Assembly: GCA_031962025.1 (NCBI GenBank)
Contig: JAVRKW010000003.1
DNA length: 64,000 nucleotides
Reading direction: 5' to 3' (one strand)
Origin: Pseudothermotoga sp.
Lineage (GTDB): Bacteria; Thermotogota; Thermotogae; Thermotogales; DSM-5069
This document shows, one piece after another, positions 28,400-39,659 of this stretch (within the stretch, counting starts at the first letter, position 1; the number at the start of each line of letters is the position of its first letter). Below the pieces are notes generated by a model. It saw only the letters and a list, made by a program, of their open reading frames with translations, had not been told where the DNA came from and searched no databases. The position numbers were made by a program, and so were the translations under genes.

Positions 28400-29322
28400 G
28401 AAAGATGAGTTTTTCTGAGAAAGTGAGATACGAACTGTGCTCTTTGAAGATTTCTGATGCCATTGAAGCTGAAGCTGAAATAATGGGTTTTGTAAAAGCA
28501 AAAGGAGTTTTGAGATTATCGAATGAAGGTACGGCTGTCTCGATAACTCTGCCAAATATACAGATTGCAAGGAGATTTTTAAAACTCGTAGATCTTTTTC
28601 CAATCCGTGAACACAGAACGGTAGTTGTGCAGACTCAGCGATTGTGGAAACAAAAGGGAGTACAATTTGATCTACCTACCACATTTTTGAAAAACTTCCA
28701 GGAATTTTTCGATGAACACATTCCCGCAAAAATATCAGACGATCCTGCTCTTTTTGGAATTTTCCTTAGGGGTCTTTACTTGGCATCGGGCTCAGTGGTC
28801 GATCCAGCTATTTCATACCATCTGGAAATTACCGGTGGTTCGAGAGAATTTTTGGAGCAGATTCGTGCTTTTCTCAAAAACAGATTTGGTATAGAATCAA
28901 AAGTCTGGCAATCACGTCAGAATTACAAACTTTCTATCAGAAGAGCGAATGATCTGATTGAAACTCTGAACCTGATTGGAGCAGTTGAGTCTGCCACAGC
29001 AGTTGAACAGATAGTACAAAAACGCTCTGTTGCATCTGATGTTAACAGAAGTATGAACTTTCTGTCTGCAAATGCTGATAGAATAGGAATTAGTACGGCA
29101 AGACAGATGAGGGCTATCGAGATAATTGACAAAAGCATCGGAATAGATTCACTGGAAGATGATCTGAAAAAACTGGCAAGGTTGAGAATAGAAAACGAAG
29201 ATCTGAGTCTGAGAGAACTGGGTGAGATGATGGAACCAAAGATGAGCAAGTCAATGGTTTATTCAAGGATGAAAAAAATCATACAACTTGCGCATAAAAT
29301 TGAAAGAGGGCAGGTTAAATGA
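28396..29322 (+). CDS. whiA: DNA-binding protein WhiA
   Basis: [30 protein letters not shown]-terminal HTH; rapZ-yvcK-whiA synteny. Confidence 0.92.
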   Translation: MRKMSFSEKVRYELCSLKISDAIEAEAEIMGFVKAKGVLRLSNEGTAVSITLPNIQIARRFLKLVDLFPIREHRTVVVQTQRLWKQKGVQFDLPTTFLKNFQEFFDEHIPAKISDDPALFGIFLRGLYLASGSVVDPAISYHLEITGGSREFLEQIRAFLKNRFGIESKVWQSRQNYKLSIRRANDLIETLNLIGAVESATAVEQIVQKRSVASDVNRSMNFLSANADRIGISTARQMRAIEIIDKSIGIDSLEDDLKKLARLRIENEDLSLRELGEMMEPKMSKSMVYSRMKKIIQLAHKIERGQVK

Positions 29323-29786
29323 AGTGCCCTTTTTGTGGTTTTCCAGACAGCAGGGTTCTGGATTCAAGACCCACGCTCGACGGGACAGCTATAAGAAGAC
29401 GTAGAGAGTGCCCCGAGTGCGGTGCAAGGTTCACGACATATGAAAGGTACGAATTGCTACCTTTGATAGTAGTGAAAAAAGATGGGCGCAGGGAAACTTT
29501 TGATCGTTCAAAACTTCTAAATGGTGTCTTAAAAGCGTGCGAGAAAAGACCGATTTCCTACGATACCCTTGAGAAACTGGTTGAGGAGGTTGAGCTGACC
29601 TTACAGAGGCAGGGAACTACTGAGATACCTTCAAAGTTTATAGGTGAACTGGTTATGTCAAAGCTCAGGCAGATAGATCAGGTTGCCTATGTTAGATTTG
29701 CATCTGTCTACAAAGATTTTCGTGAAATAGACCAATTTCTTGAGATCGTAAAAGAATTGAAAAAAGATCAGGAGGTGGAAAGATGA
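29319..29786 (+). CDS. nrdR: Transcriptional repressor NrdR
   Basis: MKCPFC...[18 protein letters not shown] cone, AYVRFASVY. Confidence 0.97.
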   Translation: MKCPFCGFPDSRVLDSRPTLDGTAIRRRRECPECGARFTTYERYELLPLIVVKKDGRRETFDRSKLLNGVLKACEKRPISYDTLEKLVEEVELTLQRQGTTEIPSKFIGELVMSKLRQIDQVAYVRFASVYKDFREIDQFLEIVKELKKDQEVER

Positions 29787-30274
29787 ACAAAAAGAACGTA
29801 ATTCAACTGACAAAGGAAGGGTATGAGGAGCTCAGGCAGGAGCTCGATTCGCTCAAGCAAAAACTCATGTATGAGATTTCACAGAGGATAAAGGAAGCAC
29901 GTGAGCTGGGAGATCTTGCTGAGAACACAGAATACGATGAAGCCAAGAATGAACAGGGAAGAATAGGAAGCAGGATAGCTGAACTGGAACAGATCCTGAA
30001 CAACTCCGAGATCATTGAAAATACAGATTCAAGTCAGATCTCTGTGGGTTCGTGGGTACTGATAAAGAATCTGAACACCGGTGAGGAACGTTCGGTGAGA
30101 CTTGTGAATCCACAGGAAGCAGATGTTTTTTCAAACAAAATAAGTGTTGATTCACCTGTGGGAAGAGCACTTCTGGGAAGAAGAGTCGGTGAAGTTGTCA
30201 AATTGAAAGCTCCTTCTGGTTCTGTGAGATATGAGATCGTTGGTATAAGCACAAGATCTATTGAACAAGAATGA
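29783..30274 (+). CDS. greA: Transcription elongation factor GreA
   Basis: [30 protein letters not shown]. Confidence 0.95.
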   Translation: MNKKNVIQLTKEGYEELRQELDSLKQKLMYEISQRIKEARELGDLAENTEYDEAKNEQGRIGSRIAELEQILNNSEIIENTDSSQISVGSWVLIKNLNTGEERSVRLVNPQEADVFSNKISVDSPVGRALLGRRVGEVVKLKAPSGSVRYEIVGISTRSIEQE

Positions 30275-30283
30275 GGTGATCGT

Positions 30284-31780
30284 GTGATAGAGGAAATCAA
30301 AAAACAGCGTGCGAAAGAAGTAGAGGAACTCAGGGCACTCGGCATAAATCCATACCCGTATAGATTTGAAAAGAAACACAGTACGAAGATGATTCATCAA
30401 GCCTACGATTTTCTCCAGCCCGGACAGGTATTGGAAAATGAAAGAATTCAAACTGCTGGTCGCATCATGACAATAAGGCTGCACGGTAAATCGTGCTTTT
30501 TCACATTACGTGATTTTGACGGAAGGATTCAGGCTTACATCAGACAAGAGGAAGTCTCAGAACGCAGTTATGAATTGTTCAAAAAATACATCGCACCAGG
30601 CGATTTTGTCGGAATAGTTGGTTTTCCATTCAAAAGCAAAACGGGAGAGTTGACCATATACGTCAAGGAATACCAACTTTTGAGCAAAGCAAGAAGACCC
30701 CTACCGGAAAAGTGGCATGGTCTTAAAGACAAAGAAGTGGCATACCGACAGCGGTACGTCGACATGATAGCCAACGATTCGACCCTGGAGAGGTTCAAGA
30801 TTCGCTATAAAGCCATTTCTTTTATAAGAGAATTCCTGACAAAAAGAGGTTTTGTTGAAGTCGAAACTCCTATACTCAATTTCATACCCGGTGGTGGTGC
30901 GGCAAAACCATTTGTCACCAGGCTCGAGGCATTAGACTGTGAAATGTATTTGAGGATAGCGCCTGAACTTCATCTTAAAAGATACATAGTTGGAGGGTTT
31001 GAAAAAGTATTTGAGCTCGGCAAGAATTTCAGAAATGAAGGTATTTCGTACAAGCACAGTCCCGAATTCACATCCATAGAGGTGTATCAGGCTTATGCAG
31101 ATTACCACGATATGATGGAGCTGACTGAAACCCTGATCTCTGAACTTGTATTTCATCTGTATGGTTCTTACAAGTTGAATTACCAGGGTACGGAACTCGA
31201 TTTTACTCCTCCATGGAAAAGGCTTAGAATGAGAGAATTCATAAAAGAAAAACTCGGTGTCGATATACTCGAAGACAGTGAAGAAACACTCGAAAAGGTT
31301 CTCAAAAGCCACGGTGTTGAACTGGACACAAATACCAGAGCCAGAATGATTGAAAAACTCTGGGATCTGCTTGAAGATCAGGTTATTCAGCCAACCTTTT
31401 TGATGGACCATCCAGTTGAAATCTCTCCATTGGCGAAAAGACATAGGGAAGACCCCAGACTGACCGAGAGGTTTGAACCTATCATCTTTGGGATGGAGCT
31501 CGGGAATGCTTTCAGTGAATTGAACGATCCGGATGATCAATTTGAGAGATTCAAATCTCAACTAAAGCTCAGAGAAGCAGGAGATGAAGAAGCACACAGA
31601 ATGGATCTGGATTTCATAAGGGCTTTAGAGTATGGGCTTCCACCCACAGGTGGTCTGGGCATTGGTATAGACAGGTTGATCATGCTTTTAACAGATTCTG
31701 GGTCGATCAGGGATGTCATAGCCTTCCCGCTTGTCACTCAGAGCGATGACGATGAATTTGAAGGGAGTGCAGCACAATGA
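30284..31780 (+). CDS. lysS: Lysine--tRNA ligase (class II)
   Basis: OB fold, [38 protein letters not shown]. Confidence 0.97.
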   Translation: MIEEIKKQRAKEVEELRALGINPYPYRFEKKHSTKMIHQAYDFLQPGQVLENERIQTAGRIMTIRLHGKSCFFTLRDFDGRIQAYIRQEEVSERSYELFKKYIAPGDFVGIVGFPFKSKTGELTIYVKEYQLLSKARRPLPEKWHGLKDKEVAYRQRYVDMIANDSTLERFKIRYKAISFIREFLTKRGFVEVETPILNFIPGGGAAKPFVTRLEALDCEMYLRIAPELHLKRYIVGGFEKVFELGKNFRNEGISYKHSPEFTSIEVYQAYADYHDMMELTETLISELVFHLYGSYKLNYQGTELDFTPPWKRLRMREFIKEKLGVDILEDSEETLEKVLKSHGVELDTNTRARMIEKLWDLLEDQVIQPTFLMDHPVEISPLAKRHREDPRLTERFEPIIFGMELGNAFSELNDPDDQFERFKSQLKLREAGDEEAHRMDLDFIRALEYGLPPTGGLGIGIDRLIMLLTDSGSIRDVIAFPLVTQSDDDEFEGSAAQ

Positions 31781-33378
31781 GAGAATGGTTCAAGAAATGG
31801 CAAAAGGTCATAGTCTGGATCATAGCGGCTTCTTTTATTGCAGGAATTGCCTGGTGGTCAGTTGCCAGTTATGTTTCTGCAAGAACATCAAGCGGCGGTT
31901 CGTCAATTGACCAGGCTGTTGGTTATATCAAGATCAATGGTTCGGCGGTTTCAGATTCAGCAACATGGGTTTTGCCGGCAGAACTCGATACCGAGTACAG
32001 TAACTTGCTCAACAGATACGGTATTAACACCCTTGATCCGCTGTTCTACGAACCACAGCAAAAAGCCAGTTTAATTGAGCAGTTACTCAGAGAAAAGGTG
32101 ATAATTCACTATGCTAAACAGAATAAACTCATTGCAAGTAAGAAAGAAATAGAGGCAAAACTGGATGAGTACAGAAAGCAAATAGAAAAAGATCAATCTT
32201 TATCGCAATATTTCAAGCAGCAGTATGGGAGTGTAGATCTCTACCTGAGTAAAGTTTTAAAACCATCGATTGAGAAATCTTTGACTCAGCAGAAGGTAAC
32301 AGACAAAGTAGCGGCAGTGAGTATGGATGAGATGAAAAAGTACTTTGAGGAAAATCTCGACCAGATAAAGAAAAAGTACGATCAGGCAGATGTGAAAATG
32401 CTTTCTTTTTCCGATGAAAATCAGGCTAAAGCCTTCATGGGAAAATTGTTAGAGCTGGATTTTGATTCTGCTGCAAGTAAAATGAACCTGAGTGTAATGG
32501 ATTATCCTGGTCTGAGCAGGGGTATCTTCGACGAAAAGTACGAAAATGACATATTCTCAGGTGCAACAGGAACGGTTGTCGGACCCATTCCCCTGGGTAG
32601 TTCTTGGTATGTCTTGGAGGTCAAGGATGCCACGGTGATCAAAGACTTCAATTCTTTCACACTTTCAAATGCATACGAGACGGAAAAAAGCGCATTGCAA
32701 TCACAGAAAATGCAAGAGTGGTACAACGACTATGTGAAAAACAACAACATAGAACTGGTTTTTGCAAATGAGATTTATGATATCTGGAGAAAGATCAGTC
32801 AGACTTCAACATCTACTGACCTTGAGAAACTACACGATGATTTGAAAGGAAAGGTTTTTTCTCAGGATGGCACGATCTTACCAGATGCACCGGATACACT
32901 CAAGAGTGCATACGTAGTTTTGATTGAAAAAATCCAGGATGCTCTGGATTCAGATGCCACTGAAACCAAGCAGAAATGGCAGCAGCTTCAAAATGAAAAG
33001 ATATTGCTCGTGAAAAACCTTTATGAACAGTATCCAAGTTCATTAGAGGTTGTCAGAAGGATGTACGATATAGATCGACAAAATCTTGATGTGAAGTACA
33101 ATTATTTCTCTTTACTTTACTCAGAGATAAAACCTTATCTGTATCCTGAGTATCTTCAGTATCTGCTTCAGAGCATTATAGAAGTTGAATCGGGATTTTC
33201 AGCTATAGCACTTGACACAAAGGCATCGACAGAGATGCGTGCCAGTGCGTACTACAATCTGTACGATCTGAGTAAAGCCCTGGAAGACGCAACCAGCGCA
33301 AGATTCTATTTACAGGAACTGAAAAAGATAGATCCAAATTACATTGATTTTGAAGCGGCATTGAATGAATTAAAGTGA
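31777..33378 (+). CDS. SurA-N/PPIase (PpiD-like) membrane-anchored chaperone
   Basis: N-terminal TM, SurA-N-like helical region, rotamase-like segment (GTVVGPI...WYVLEV). Confidence 0.7.
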   Translation: MREWFKKWQKVIVWIIAASFIAGIAWWSVASYVSARTSSGGSSIDQAVGYIKINGSAVSDSATWVLPAELDTEYSNLLNRYGINTLDPLFYEPQQKASLIEQLLREKVIIHYAKQNKLIASKKEIEAKLDEYRKQIEKDQSLSQYFKQQYGSVDLYLSKVLKPSIEKSLTQQKVTDKVAAVSMDEMKKYFEENLDQIKKKYDQADVKMLSFSDENQAKAFMGKLLELDFDSAASKMNLSVMDYPGLSRGIFDEKYENDIFSGATGTVVGPIPLGSSWYVLEVKDATVIKDFNSFTLSNAYETEKSALQSQKMQEWYNDYVKNNNIELVFANEIYDIWRKISQTSTSTDLEKLHDDLKGKVFSQDGTILPDAPDTLKSAYVVLIEKIQDALDSDATETKQKWQQLQNEKILLVKNLYEQYPSSLEVVRRMYDIDRQNLDVKYNYFSLLYSEIKPYLYPEYLQYLLQSIIEVESGFSAIALDTKASTEMRASAYYNLYDLSKALEDATSARFYLQELKKIDPNYIDFEAALNELK

Positions 33379-33395
33379 AATTCTGTAAAAAAACA

Positions 33396-33418
33396 AAGGC
33401 GGGCGCAAGCCCGCTTTT
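33396..33418. terminator. Terminator between convergent PPIase gene and tRNA-Gln
   Basis: AAGGCGGGC-GCAA-GCCCGCTTTT flanked by A-run. Confidence 0.85.
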
Positions 33419-33421
33419 ATT

Positions 33422-33497
33422 TGGCTGGGGCGGGAGGATTCGAACCTCCGAATGTCGGATCCAAAGTCCGATGCCTTACCAGCTTGGCGACGCCCCA
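33422..33497 (-). tRNA. tRNA-Gln(UUG)
   Basis: TGGGGCGTCGCCAAGCTGGTAAGGCA; anticodon arm TCGGA-CTTTGGA-TCCGA; TTCGAAT; U1-A72; encoded CCA. Confidence 0.97.
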
Positions 33498-33507
33498 CCG
33501 TGGTATA

Positions 33508-33536
33508 ATTTTACCATTGTCAGAGAACAACGTCAA
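33508..33536 (-). promoter_or_regulatory. sigma70 promoter of tRNA-Gln
   Basis: TTGACG-17 nt-TAAAAT on minus strand. Confidence 0.8.
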
Positions 33537-33558
33537 TGGTTTGAAAGGAGTGATGTTC

Positions 33559-35232
33559 TTGGAAAAGTTGAAACTCAAAATCAGCGAGACTAATGAAGAA
33601 CTAACCATTAACCGGGGTGAAAAATTGATCAGTTACGTTTCAAATTACAGTAAATACCACACTACACCGATTGTCGCGGCGAGAATCGATAATACAATAG
33701 TGGAACTTAACAAGCCGCTTGACAGAGGTGGAGTTGTTGATTTCATAGATCTTTCCACACTTGATGGCTTGAGAATTTACCAAAGAGGCGTGTTGTTTTT
33801 GCTGCACATGGTCTTAAAGGAATTGTACAAGGATTATCAACTGTGGGTACTGCACTCCATTGGCAATGCGCTTTATTGTGAACTGAGAAAAGATGGCGAG
33901 AGAAAGAACATCACAGACGAAGATATAATGAAAATCAAGCAGAGAATGTATCAACTGGTTGAGCAGGATATACAGTTTGAAAAACACGAATTTTACAAAA
34001 ACGAGGCTTTTGAGATTTTTTCAAATCAGGGTGATGCAGATAGAATAAGACTATTTAAATTCAGAAAGAAAAAGACGATAAAGCTCTACAAATGCCTTGG
34101 ATATTACGATTACTACTATGGTTACATGCCGCCAAGCACCGGTTATCTGAAGTATTTTGACCTTGAAAAACAGAACGACGGCTTTCTGTTGGTTTTGCCA
34201 GATCAATCTGATCCAAGAAATATCAGAAAACCAAATCCATTACCAAAACTGTCTTCGGTCTTTCTCGAGTATGCGCGATGGCTCGATGTGATAGGTATAA
34301 ATACCGTGGCTGATTTGAACGAAATCATAGCGAGTGGAGAACGCGCGGTAATTGATCTGATGTTGCTCAGTGAAGCGTTGCATGAAAAGAAAATCGCTCA
34401 GATCGCCGAGCAGTTTGCCAATAGTGGCGCTCGTGTGATCCTCATAGCCGGACCATCTTCTTCTGGTAAGACCACTTTTGCAAAGCGCTTACTGATCCAG
34501 TTGAAGGTATTTGGTTTTAAACCGCTGACCATCTCTCTTGATGATTACTTCGTGGACAGAGAGAGAACACCAAAGGATGAGTCTGGCAATTATGATTTTG
34601 AATCAATCGAGGCTATAGATTTAGAGCTTTTCAACAGGCATTTGACTGAATTGCTCGAAGGCAGACAGGTGCAACTGCCCAAGTTTGACTTCAAAGCGGG
34701 TAAGAGAACCTGGCTGGATAAACCAATCCAGCTTGGTAAGAACCAGCCGATTGTCGTTGAAGGTATTCACGGCTTAAATGAAAGGTTGACTTCTTCAATT
34801 GATAGATCCTACAAATTCAAGATCTATGTGAGTGCCTTAACCCAGCTCAACCTCGATGCACACAACAGGATAACGACAACAGACACCAGGTTACTCAGAA
34901 GAATAGTGCGTGATTACAAATTCAGAGGTCATTCTGCACTCGACACGCTCAGAATGTGGCCAAGTGTTAGAAGAGGAGAAGAGAGGAATATCTTCCCATT
35001 TCAGGAAGAAGCAGATGTTATGTTCAACTCGGCAATTGTGTATGAACTTGCTGTACTGAAGATCTTTGCTGAGCAGCTTCTGGTTCAGATCTCTCCAGAT
35101 GAGCCGGAATACACAGAAGCACTGAGGTTGACAAAACTTTTGGATTATTTCCTACCAATCACGAATGTCGAAGACATCCCCAGGAGTTCTATCCTCAGGG
35201 AGTTTGTTGGAAGGAGTGTTTTCAAATATTGA
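33559..35232 (+). CDS. Uridine/nucleoside kinase with N-terminal ThrRS-like domain
   Basis: IAGPSSSGKTT, ISLDDYF, EGIHGLN, RLLRRIVRD; start TTG 33559 (or ATG 33553) after AGGAG. Confidence 0.88.
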   Translation: MEKLKLKISETNEELTINRGEKLISYVSNYSKYHTTPIVAARIDNTIVELNKPLDRGGVVDFIDLSTLDGLRIYQRGVLFLLHMVLKELYKDYQLWVLHSIGNALYCELRKDGERKNITDEDIMKIKQRMYQLVEQDIQFEKHEFYKNEAFEIFSNQGDADRIRLFKFRKKKTIKLYKCLGYYDYYYGYMPPSTGYLKYFDLEKQNDGFLLVLPDQSDPRNIRKPNPLPKLSSVFLEYARWLDVIGINTVADLNEIIASGERAVIDLMLLSEALHEKKIAQIAEQFANSGARVILIAGPSSSGKTTFAKRLLIQLKVFGFKPLTISLDDYFVDRERTPKDESGNYDFESIEAIDLELFNRHLTELLEGRQVQLPKFDFKAGKRTWLDKPIQLGKNQPIVVEGIHGLNERLTSSIDRSYKFKIYVSALTQLNLDAHNRITTTDTRLLRRIVRDYKFRGHSALDTLRMWPSVRRGEERNIFPFQEEADVMFNSAIVYELAVLKIFAEQLLVQISPDEPEYTEALRLTKLLDYFLPITNVEDIPRSSILREFVGRSVFKY

Positions 35233-36152
35233 AAAAAACAGTATTTCTTCTTGTGATCTGTATTGTCCTGAGCGGTTTTTCATTTGATCTTTACATCGGT
35301 AGCAAGCTCATGTATTCATCGGCAGACCTTGAGAACACCATGAGCTGGTCCTCTTTTGTTTCTTTCATGGAAAACTATGCAAGAATGATGGGAATTGATA
35401 ATCTTTCAAGTGGAGAAATCGGCGATTTTCAGTACCTTGTTTGGAACGGTCACACGATAGGTTTTGCCAAAGGCTCTGATGTGTTTGTAATAGACGGGAT
35501 CACAGTCAAAAGCAGAACAGTTCCGTTAGTCAACATTTTTTCTGCCTTTCAACTGCCATTTATTCAACAGGAATCGAAAATCGTTCTGGCTGATATGATA
35601 ATAAGCAAGATAACTCAAACAGGTGATATAATCGAAATAACATACAGCGGTTCAGATGAACTTGAATTTGCCAGAAAGCAGGATCGAATAGAGGTTATCA
35701 GTAACGGATTTGTCGCCATGAATAACCAGATTTATAAACCAGGCGAGCTGCTATGGACCATTTCAACAGATAAAAAGATCGATCAAAAGGTTTCAATGCC
35801 AGGGTTAATTCGCCTCATTCTTGCACAGGAAAACTTTGTCGCTGACGGAGTCGTTACGCTGAAATTTGAGCAAACCTTGCAGATTCCCGACAGTGGTGTT
35901 CTTCTTTTTTATGCAAAGGGAGATGATAGAATCATCATCAGACCCTACTCACCAGACTTTGAAGGTTCTGACTGGCCAGTTTATGCACAAAACAAAAAAA
36001 TAGCCCAGCAAATAGCAGCGCGTTTCAATCTGAAACTTGAGATATGTCCTTTGTACAATTTACCTGTCACAAGAATAGCCATGGTTGTTTTGTTGTCAGA
36101 TGAAGCCAGAGTATCAGAAATCGAAGATTATCTAAGGGAGTTGCTTTTTTGA
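35229..36152 (+). CDS. Exported hypothetical protein (DUF4941-like)
   Basis: Signal peptide; operonic overlap. Confidence 0.6.
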   Translation: MKKTVFLLVICIVLSGFSFDLYIGSKLMYSSADLENTMSWSSFVSFMENYARMMGIDNLSSGEIGDFQYLVWNGHTIGFAKGSDVFVIDGITVKSRTVPLVNIFSAFQLPFIQQESKIVLADMIISKITQTGDIIEITYSGSDELEFARKQDRIEVISNGFVAMNNQIYKPGELLWTISTDKKIDQKVSMPGLIRLILAQENFVADGVVTLKFEQTLQIPDSGVLLFYAKGDDRIIIRPYSPDFEGSDWPVYAQNKKIAQQIAARFNLKLEICPLYNLPVTRIAMVVLLSDEARVSEIEDYLRELLF

Positions 36153-36611
36153 ATGAAAAAGTATTTGTCAATCCTGCTCATTTTGGTATCTACTATTGTA
36201 TTTTGCAAAAGTTATACACTGTTTTATCTAAACGAAAATTTACTGCCTGTGAGTGTGAATATGAGCTATGATAAAGATGATGTGCTGAACTTTCTTTTTG
36301 ATAAACTCTCAGAACCTGTATCGGGTACGATGAGCTTTGTTCCAAAAAATCTTCTGAGAGCGTATTTTTTCGTTGAAAAATCTCTGATCATTGACCTTAG
36401 ATCCACGGTCTTGCTGGGTATTGATTTTCAGCAGGAACGATATCTGGTTCATCAGCTTTTGAGGACTATTTTTGAGAATTTCAAGGCAGTGGATTCTGTT
36501 TACTTCACAGTTGACGGTAAAAGGACAGATAAGCTGGTCGGCTACGTGGATATACGATATGGCTTTCCAAGGCAGATATGGTCCAGCTGGCCAATTGAGG
36601 GAGGATTATGA
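36153..36611 (+). CDS. GerMN domain protein
   Basis: Signal peptide; LIIDL...QLLRTIFENF..VDSVYFTVDG. Confidence 0.75.
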   Translation: MKKYLSILLILVSTIVFCKSYTLFYLNENLLPVSVNMSYDKDDVLNFLFDKLSEPVSGTMSFVPKNLLRAYFFVEKSLIIDLRSTVLLGIDFQQERYLVHQLLRTIFENFKAVDSVYFTVDGKRTDKLVGYVDIRYGFPRQIWSSWPIEGGL

Positions 36612-37381
36612 AGGAAAACCTTGTGAGACTCAATGACAGGGTAATGCTTGAGTTTGAAGACGGTTCGAATTTCATCGTACAGGTTCAACAAACAACTCTT
36701 TCCACCCACAAGGGAGTTGTCGATCTGGGCAGTCTTGCTGGAAAACCGTACGGTGGTATGTGTGAGTTGAAAAATGGCAACCGTTTTAGAATAATGAAAC
36801 CCAGATTCGTCGATGAAGTTTATAAAATGAACAGACGAACACAGATCGTTTATCCAAAGGACATTGGTTATATACTGTTGATGCTGGATGTCAAAGAAGG
36901 AGATCTGGTAATAGACGCCGGGGTTGGTAGCGGTGCCATGTGCGCAGCACTTGCAAGATGCGTCGGACCTTCTGGAAAAGTTTTTGCTTACGAGAAAAGA
37001 GAGGATTTTAAAAACCTTGCACAGTCTAATTTATCAAAATGGGGTTTGATAGACAGAGTGGTTATCAAATTGAAAGACATAAAGGAAGGTTTTGATGAAG
37101 TGGTCGATGCCATTTTTCTTGATGTACCTGATCCATGGAACTATATTAATAATTGTTACAATGCACTGGTTGGATCGGGAAATCTGGCAGTTGTTTGTCC
37201 AACAACCAATCAGGTACAGATGGTTCTTGAAGAATTACAAAAAAACGGCTTTGTCGATGTAGAGGTATGGGAAAGCCTTTTTAGACAGTACAAACCCGTT
37301 CATGAAAGACTCAGACCATTTGACAGGATGGTAGCTCATACGGCTTTCATGATATTTGCGCGGAAGGTAAATGAACTTTGA
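36608..37381 (+). CDS. trmI: tRNA (adenine58-N1)-methyltransferase
   Basis: RTQIVYPKD, DAGVGSG, FLDVPDPW, LRP.DRMVAHT. Confidence 0.92.
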   Translation: MKENLVRLNDRVMLEFEDGSNFIVQVQQTTLSTHKGVVDLGSLAGKPYGGMCELKNGNRFRIMKPRFVDEVYKMNRRTQIVYPKDIGYILLMLDVKEGDLVIDAGVGSGAMCAALARCVGPSGKVFAYEKREDFKNLAQSNLSKWGLIDRVVIKLKDIKEGFDEVVDAIFLDVPDPWNYINNCYNALVGSGNLAVVCPTTNQVQMVLEELQKNGFVDVEVWESLFRQYKPVHERLRPFDRMVAHTAFMIFARKVNEL

Positions 37382-37393
37382 GGAGGGATTGAA

Positions 37394-38605
37394 ATGAGAA
37401 AAAATTCTCTGTTTTTCGTTATCGTTCTTTCAGTTTCTGTAGTTTTGGCAAGCTGGATTCTTTCGGCGGCTGTTACGCCAAAAGATGTGAACAAAGCACT
37501 TGACCCATTCTACCAGACCCTGTCGTACATTCTAAACACGTACTATCAGAAAGATCAGATCGACCTGAATAAATTGATGGACTCGGCGATAGATGGGCTG
37601 GTCAAGGGATTGGGTGATGACTTCTCTTACTACGAAAATCCGCGGGAAATGGAAGAAAGACAGATAGAAATGGAAGGAGAGTATGGAGGTCTTGGAATAG
37701 AGGTTACATACGACAGCGAGTACAAAGCGGTAAAAGTTGTCTCGCCGATGTACGGTACACCAGCGTGGAGAGCTGGCTTGAAAGCCGGTGACAGAATAGT
37801 CACCATAGACGATCAGCCTGTCAGTGAAATGGAATACATGGAAGCCGTGAGAAAACTGAGAGGTCAGCCCGGATCTACAGTCAGAATAAAGATTCTCAGA
37901 GAAGGCGTTGATTCACTGTTAACCTTTGAACTTGTGAGGGAAAAGATTCAGATAATTCCTGTGAAGCATGCGTTTATCGAAACGACAAAGGGTCGCGTTG
38001 GTTATACACTGATAACCAGGTTCGGTGCAAAGACATCCGATGAGATGAAAGAAGCACTGGATGAAATCTTTCAAAAAGGGGTTAAGGGTCTGATTGTGGA
38101 TTTGAGAGACAATCCAGGTGGATATCTGAACAGCGCCATAGAAGTCGCCAGCTACTTTATAGACAAGGGTGTTGTCGTTAAGACAAAGAACGCTTACGGA
38201 GTGGAAGAGGTATACGAATCAAAAGGCAACAACTATCCGAATGTACCGATCGTTGTATTGGTAAACAGAGGTTCAGCTTCGGCGTCTGAAATATTGACTG
38301 GAGCTTTGAAGGATTATCAAATTGCAAAGATCGTTGGACAGAAGACCTTCGGAAAGGGATCGGTTCAAACCGGCTTCCCGTTGAGCAACGGTGGCACGCT
38401 CTATTTGACTACGGCGCATTACATGACACCATCTGGAAAGGATATTCACAAAATAGGAATCGATCCAGATGTTTTTGTTGAGGAAGCCACAACCACCACG
38501 CGTCAGTCGGCTGCTGTGGATTACACCAAAAAAGTTATAGAGATTGATATGAATGATCCTTATATAATCAGAGGATTGGAGGTTCTTCTGGAGATGGTCA
38601 AATGA
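37394..38605 (+). CDS. ctpA: C-terminal processing peptidase S41A
   Basis: PDZ (GGLGIEV), DLRDNPGG, SASASEI, TFGKGSVQ. Confidence 0.93.
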   Translation: MRKNSLFFVIVLSVSVVLASWILSAAVTPKDVNKALDPFYQTLSYILNTYYQKDQIDLNKLMDSAIDGLVKGLGDDFSYYENPREMEERQIEMEGEYGGLGIEVTYDSEYKAVKVVSPMYGTPAWRAGLKAGDRIVTIDDQPVSEMEYMEAVRKLRGQPGSTVRIKILREGVDSLLTFELVREKIQIIPVKHAFIETTKGRVGYTLITRFGAKTSDEMKEALDEIFQKGVKGLIVDLRDNPGGYLNSAIEVASYFIDKGVVVKTKNAYGVEEVYESKGNNYPNVPIVVLVNRGSASASEILTGALKDYQIAKIVGQKTFGKGSVQTGFPLSNGGTLYLTTAHYMTPSGKDIHKIGIDPDVFVEEATTTTRQSAAVDYTKKVIEIDMNDPYIIRGLEVLLEMVK

Positions 38606-39195
38606 CATCTGCGGGAATGGCTGTGTTGATCTTCCTGGTTTGTTTCACTGTTTTCATTTTCGTCTATTATCCAGTGAACAAACGGGTTGAATCCTTTACC
38701 ATAAACCCATTCCCGCGCGTTTCAGTATCTTCACCCTTCACGGGAATAATCGCTAAACTGAAAGCACTTTCAGAGCAGGTCCTTTTCTACAAAAAAGCCA
38801 TTTCAATGGGTCAGAAAGTGACTTTGAATTTGTCACTACGAAATTCGGTTGTTCGAGCAAAGTCGTTCTCTGCTTATGAAGAAATGATTGGCGATATCGA
38901 AAAAAAGATCGGTACCAGACCGGCAGAGAAGAAAATCATTCTGAAGATGGAAGGTTACGAATATCTGATATATTCATCGTTTACTTTCAAAGATGTTTTG
39001 TTTGTGTACAAACCAAGAATAACCCTGACAGATGATGGATATGTTTTACGTGATCACACCGATGTAGCGAAAGTGATTTTGATGGCTTTAAACGGTGAAG
39101 GACCGGATATCAACTCTCAGATTCAGGAGCAATTACTCAGTTCTCTTTTATTGATCTCTCAAAGGTATGGTATAGAGGTGATAAAAACCAGATGA
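38602..39195 (+). CDS. Hypothetical membrane-anchored protein
   Basis: N-terminal TM; ATGA overlaps on both sides. Confidence 0.65.
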   Translation: MTSAGMAVLIFLVCFTVFIFVYYPVNKRVESFTINPFPRVSVSSPFTGIIAKLKALSEQVLFYKKAISMGQKVTLNLSLRNSVVRAKSFSAYEEMIGDIEKKIGTRPAEKKIILKMEGYEYLIYSSFTFKDVLFVYKPRITLTDDGYVLRDHTDVAKVILMALNGEGPDINSQIQEQLLSSLLLISQRYGIEVIKTR

Positions 39196-39659
39196 GCTAT
39201 TTTGGGCTTCTGTACTCATCAAAGAAAATCGCTAAGGTTGCTGATTACTGGACTTTGATTGTGCCTTTCATTCTTGTCAATACACTGTGGTTTTCGCTGC
39301 TGGATAGAGTGCGCTATGTGTTTTTGAACACAAATTATTTTGTCAATTACGTGAAGCTCAATCTGGCTGTCTTTGTCTATGTCATTATCCTTTGTGGAAT
39401 GGTTGCCCTGATCGAGAGAGATTTCAAAAAGATTTTCTCAATGCCACTGTTTTTCATTCCATATATGTTTTTGCCTCTGTATATTCGAATTTTTGAATTT
39501 TTCAATCTGCCTTTGATGGTTTCTATTTCTTTTGGCTTTGTTCACTCACTGCTGATTTCTTTTAATTACTACAGGTTATCAATTCACATAATTCGAACGG
39601 TAGTCTGCATACTGATCATGCTGGTGGTGAGACGTTGGCTTTCGGTGACTTTGTGGTAA
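39192..39659 (+). CDS. Hypothetical integral membrane protein
   Basis: About 5 hydrophobic helices; operonic overlap. Confidence 0.65.
   Translation: MSYFGLLYSSKKIAKVADYWTLIVPFILVNTLWFSLLDRVRYVFLNTNYFVNYVKLNLAVFVYVIILCGMVALIERDFKKIFSMPLFFIPYMFLPLYIRIFEFFNLPLMVSISFGFVHSLLISFNYYRLSIHIIRTVVCILIMLVVRRWLSVTLW

Noticed and set aside
30932..31561. 209 aa antisense ORF
   Set aside because: Lies entirely within lysS, no motifs; shadow frame
33375..33558. ORFs and kinase extension spanning tRNA-Gln
   Set aside because: Translation of tRNA sequence; the real SD and start are at 33546-33559
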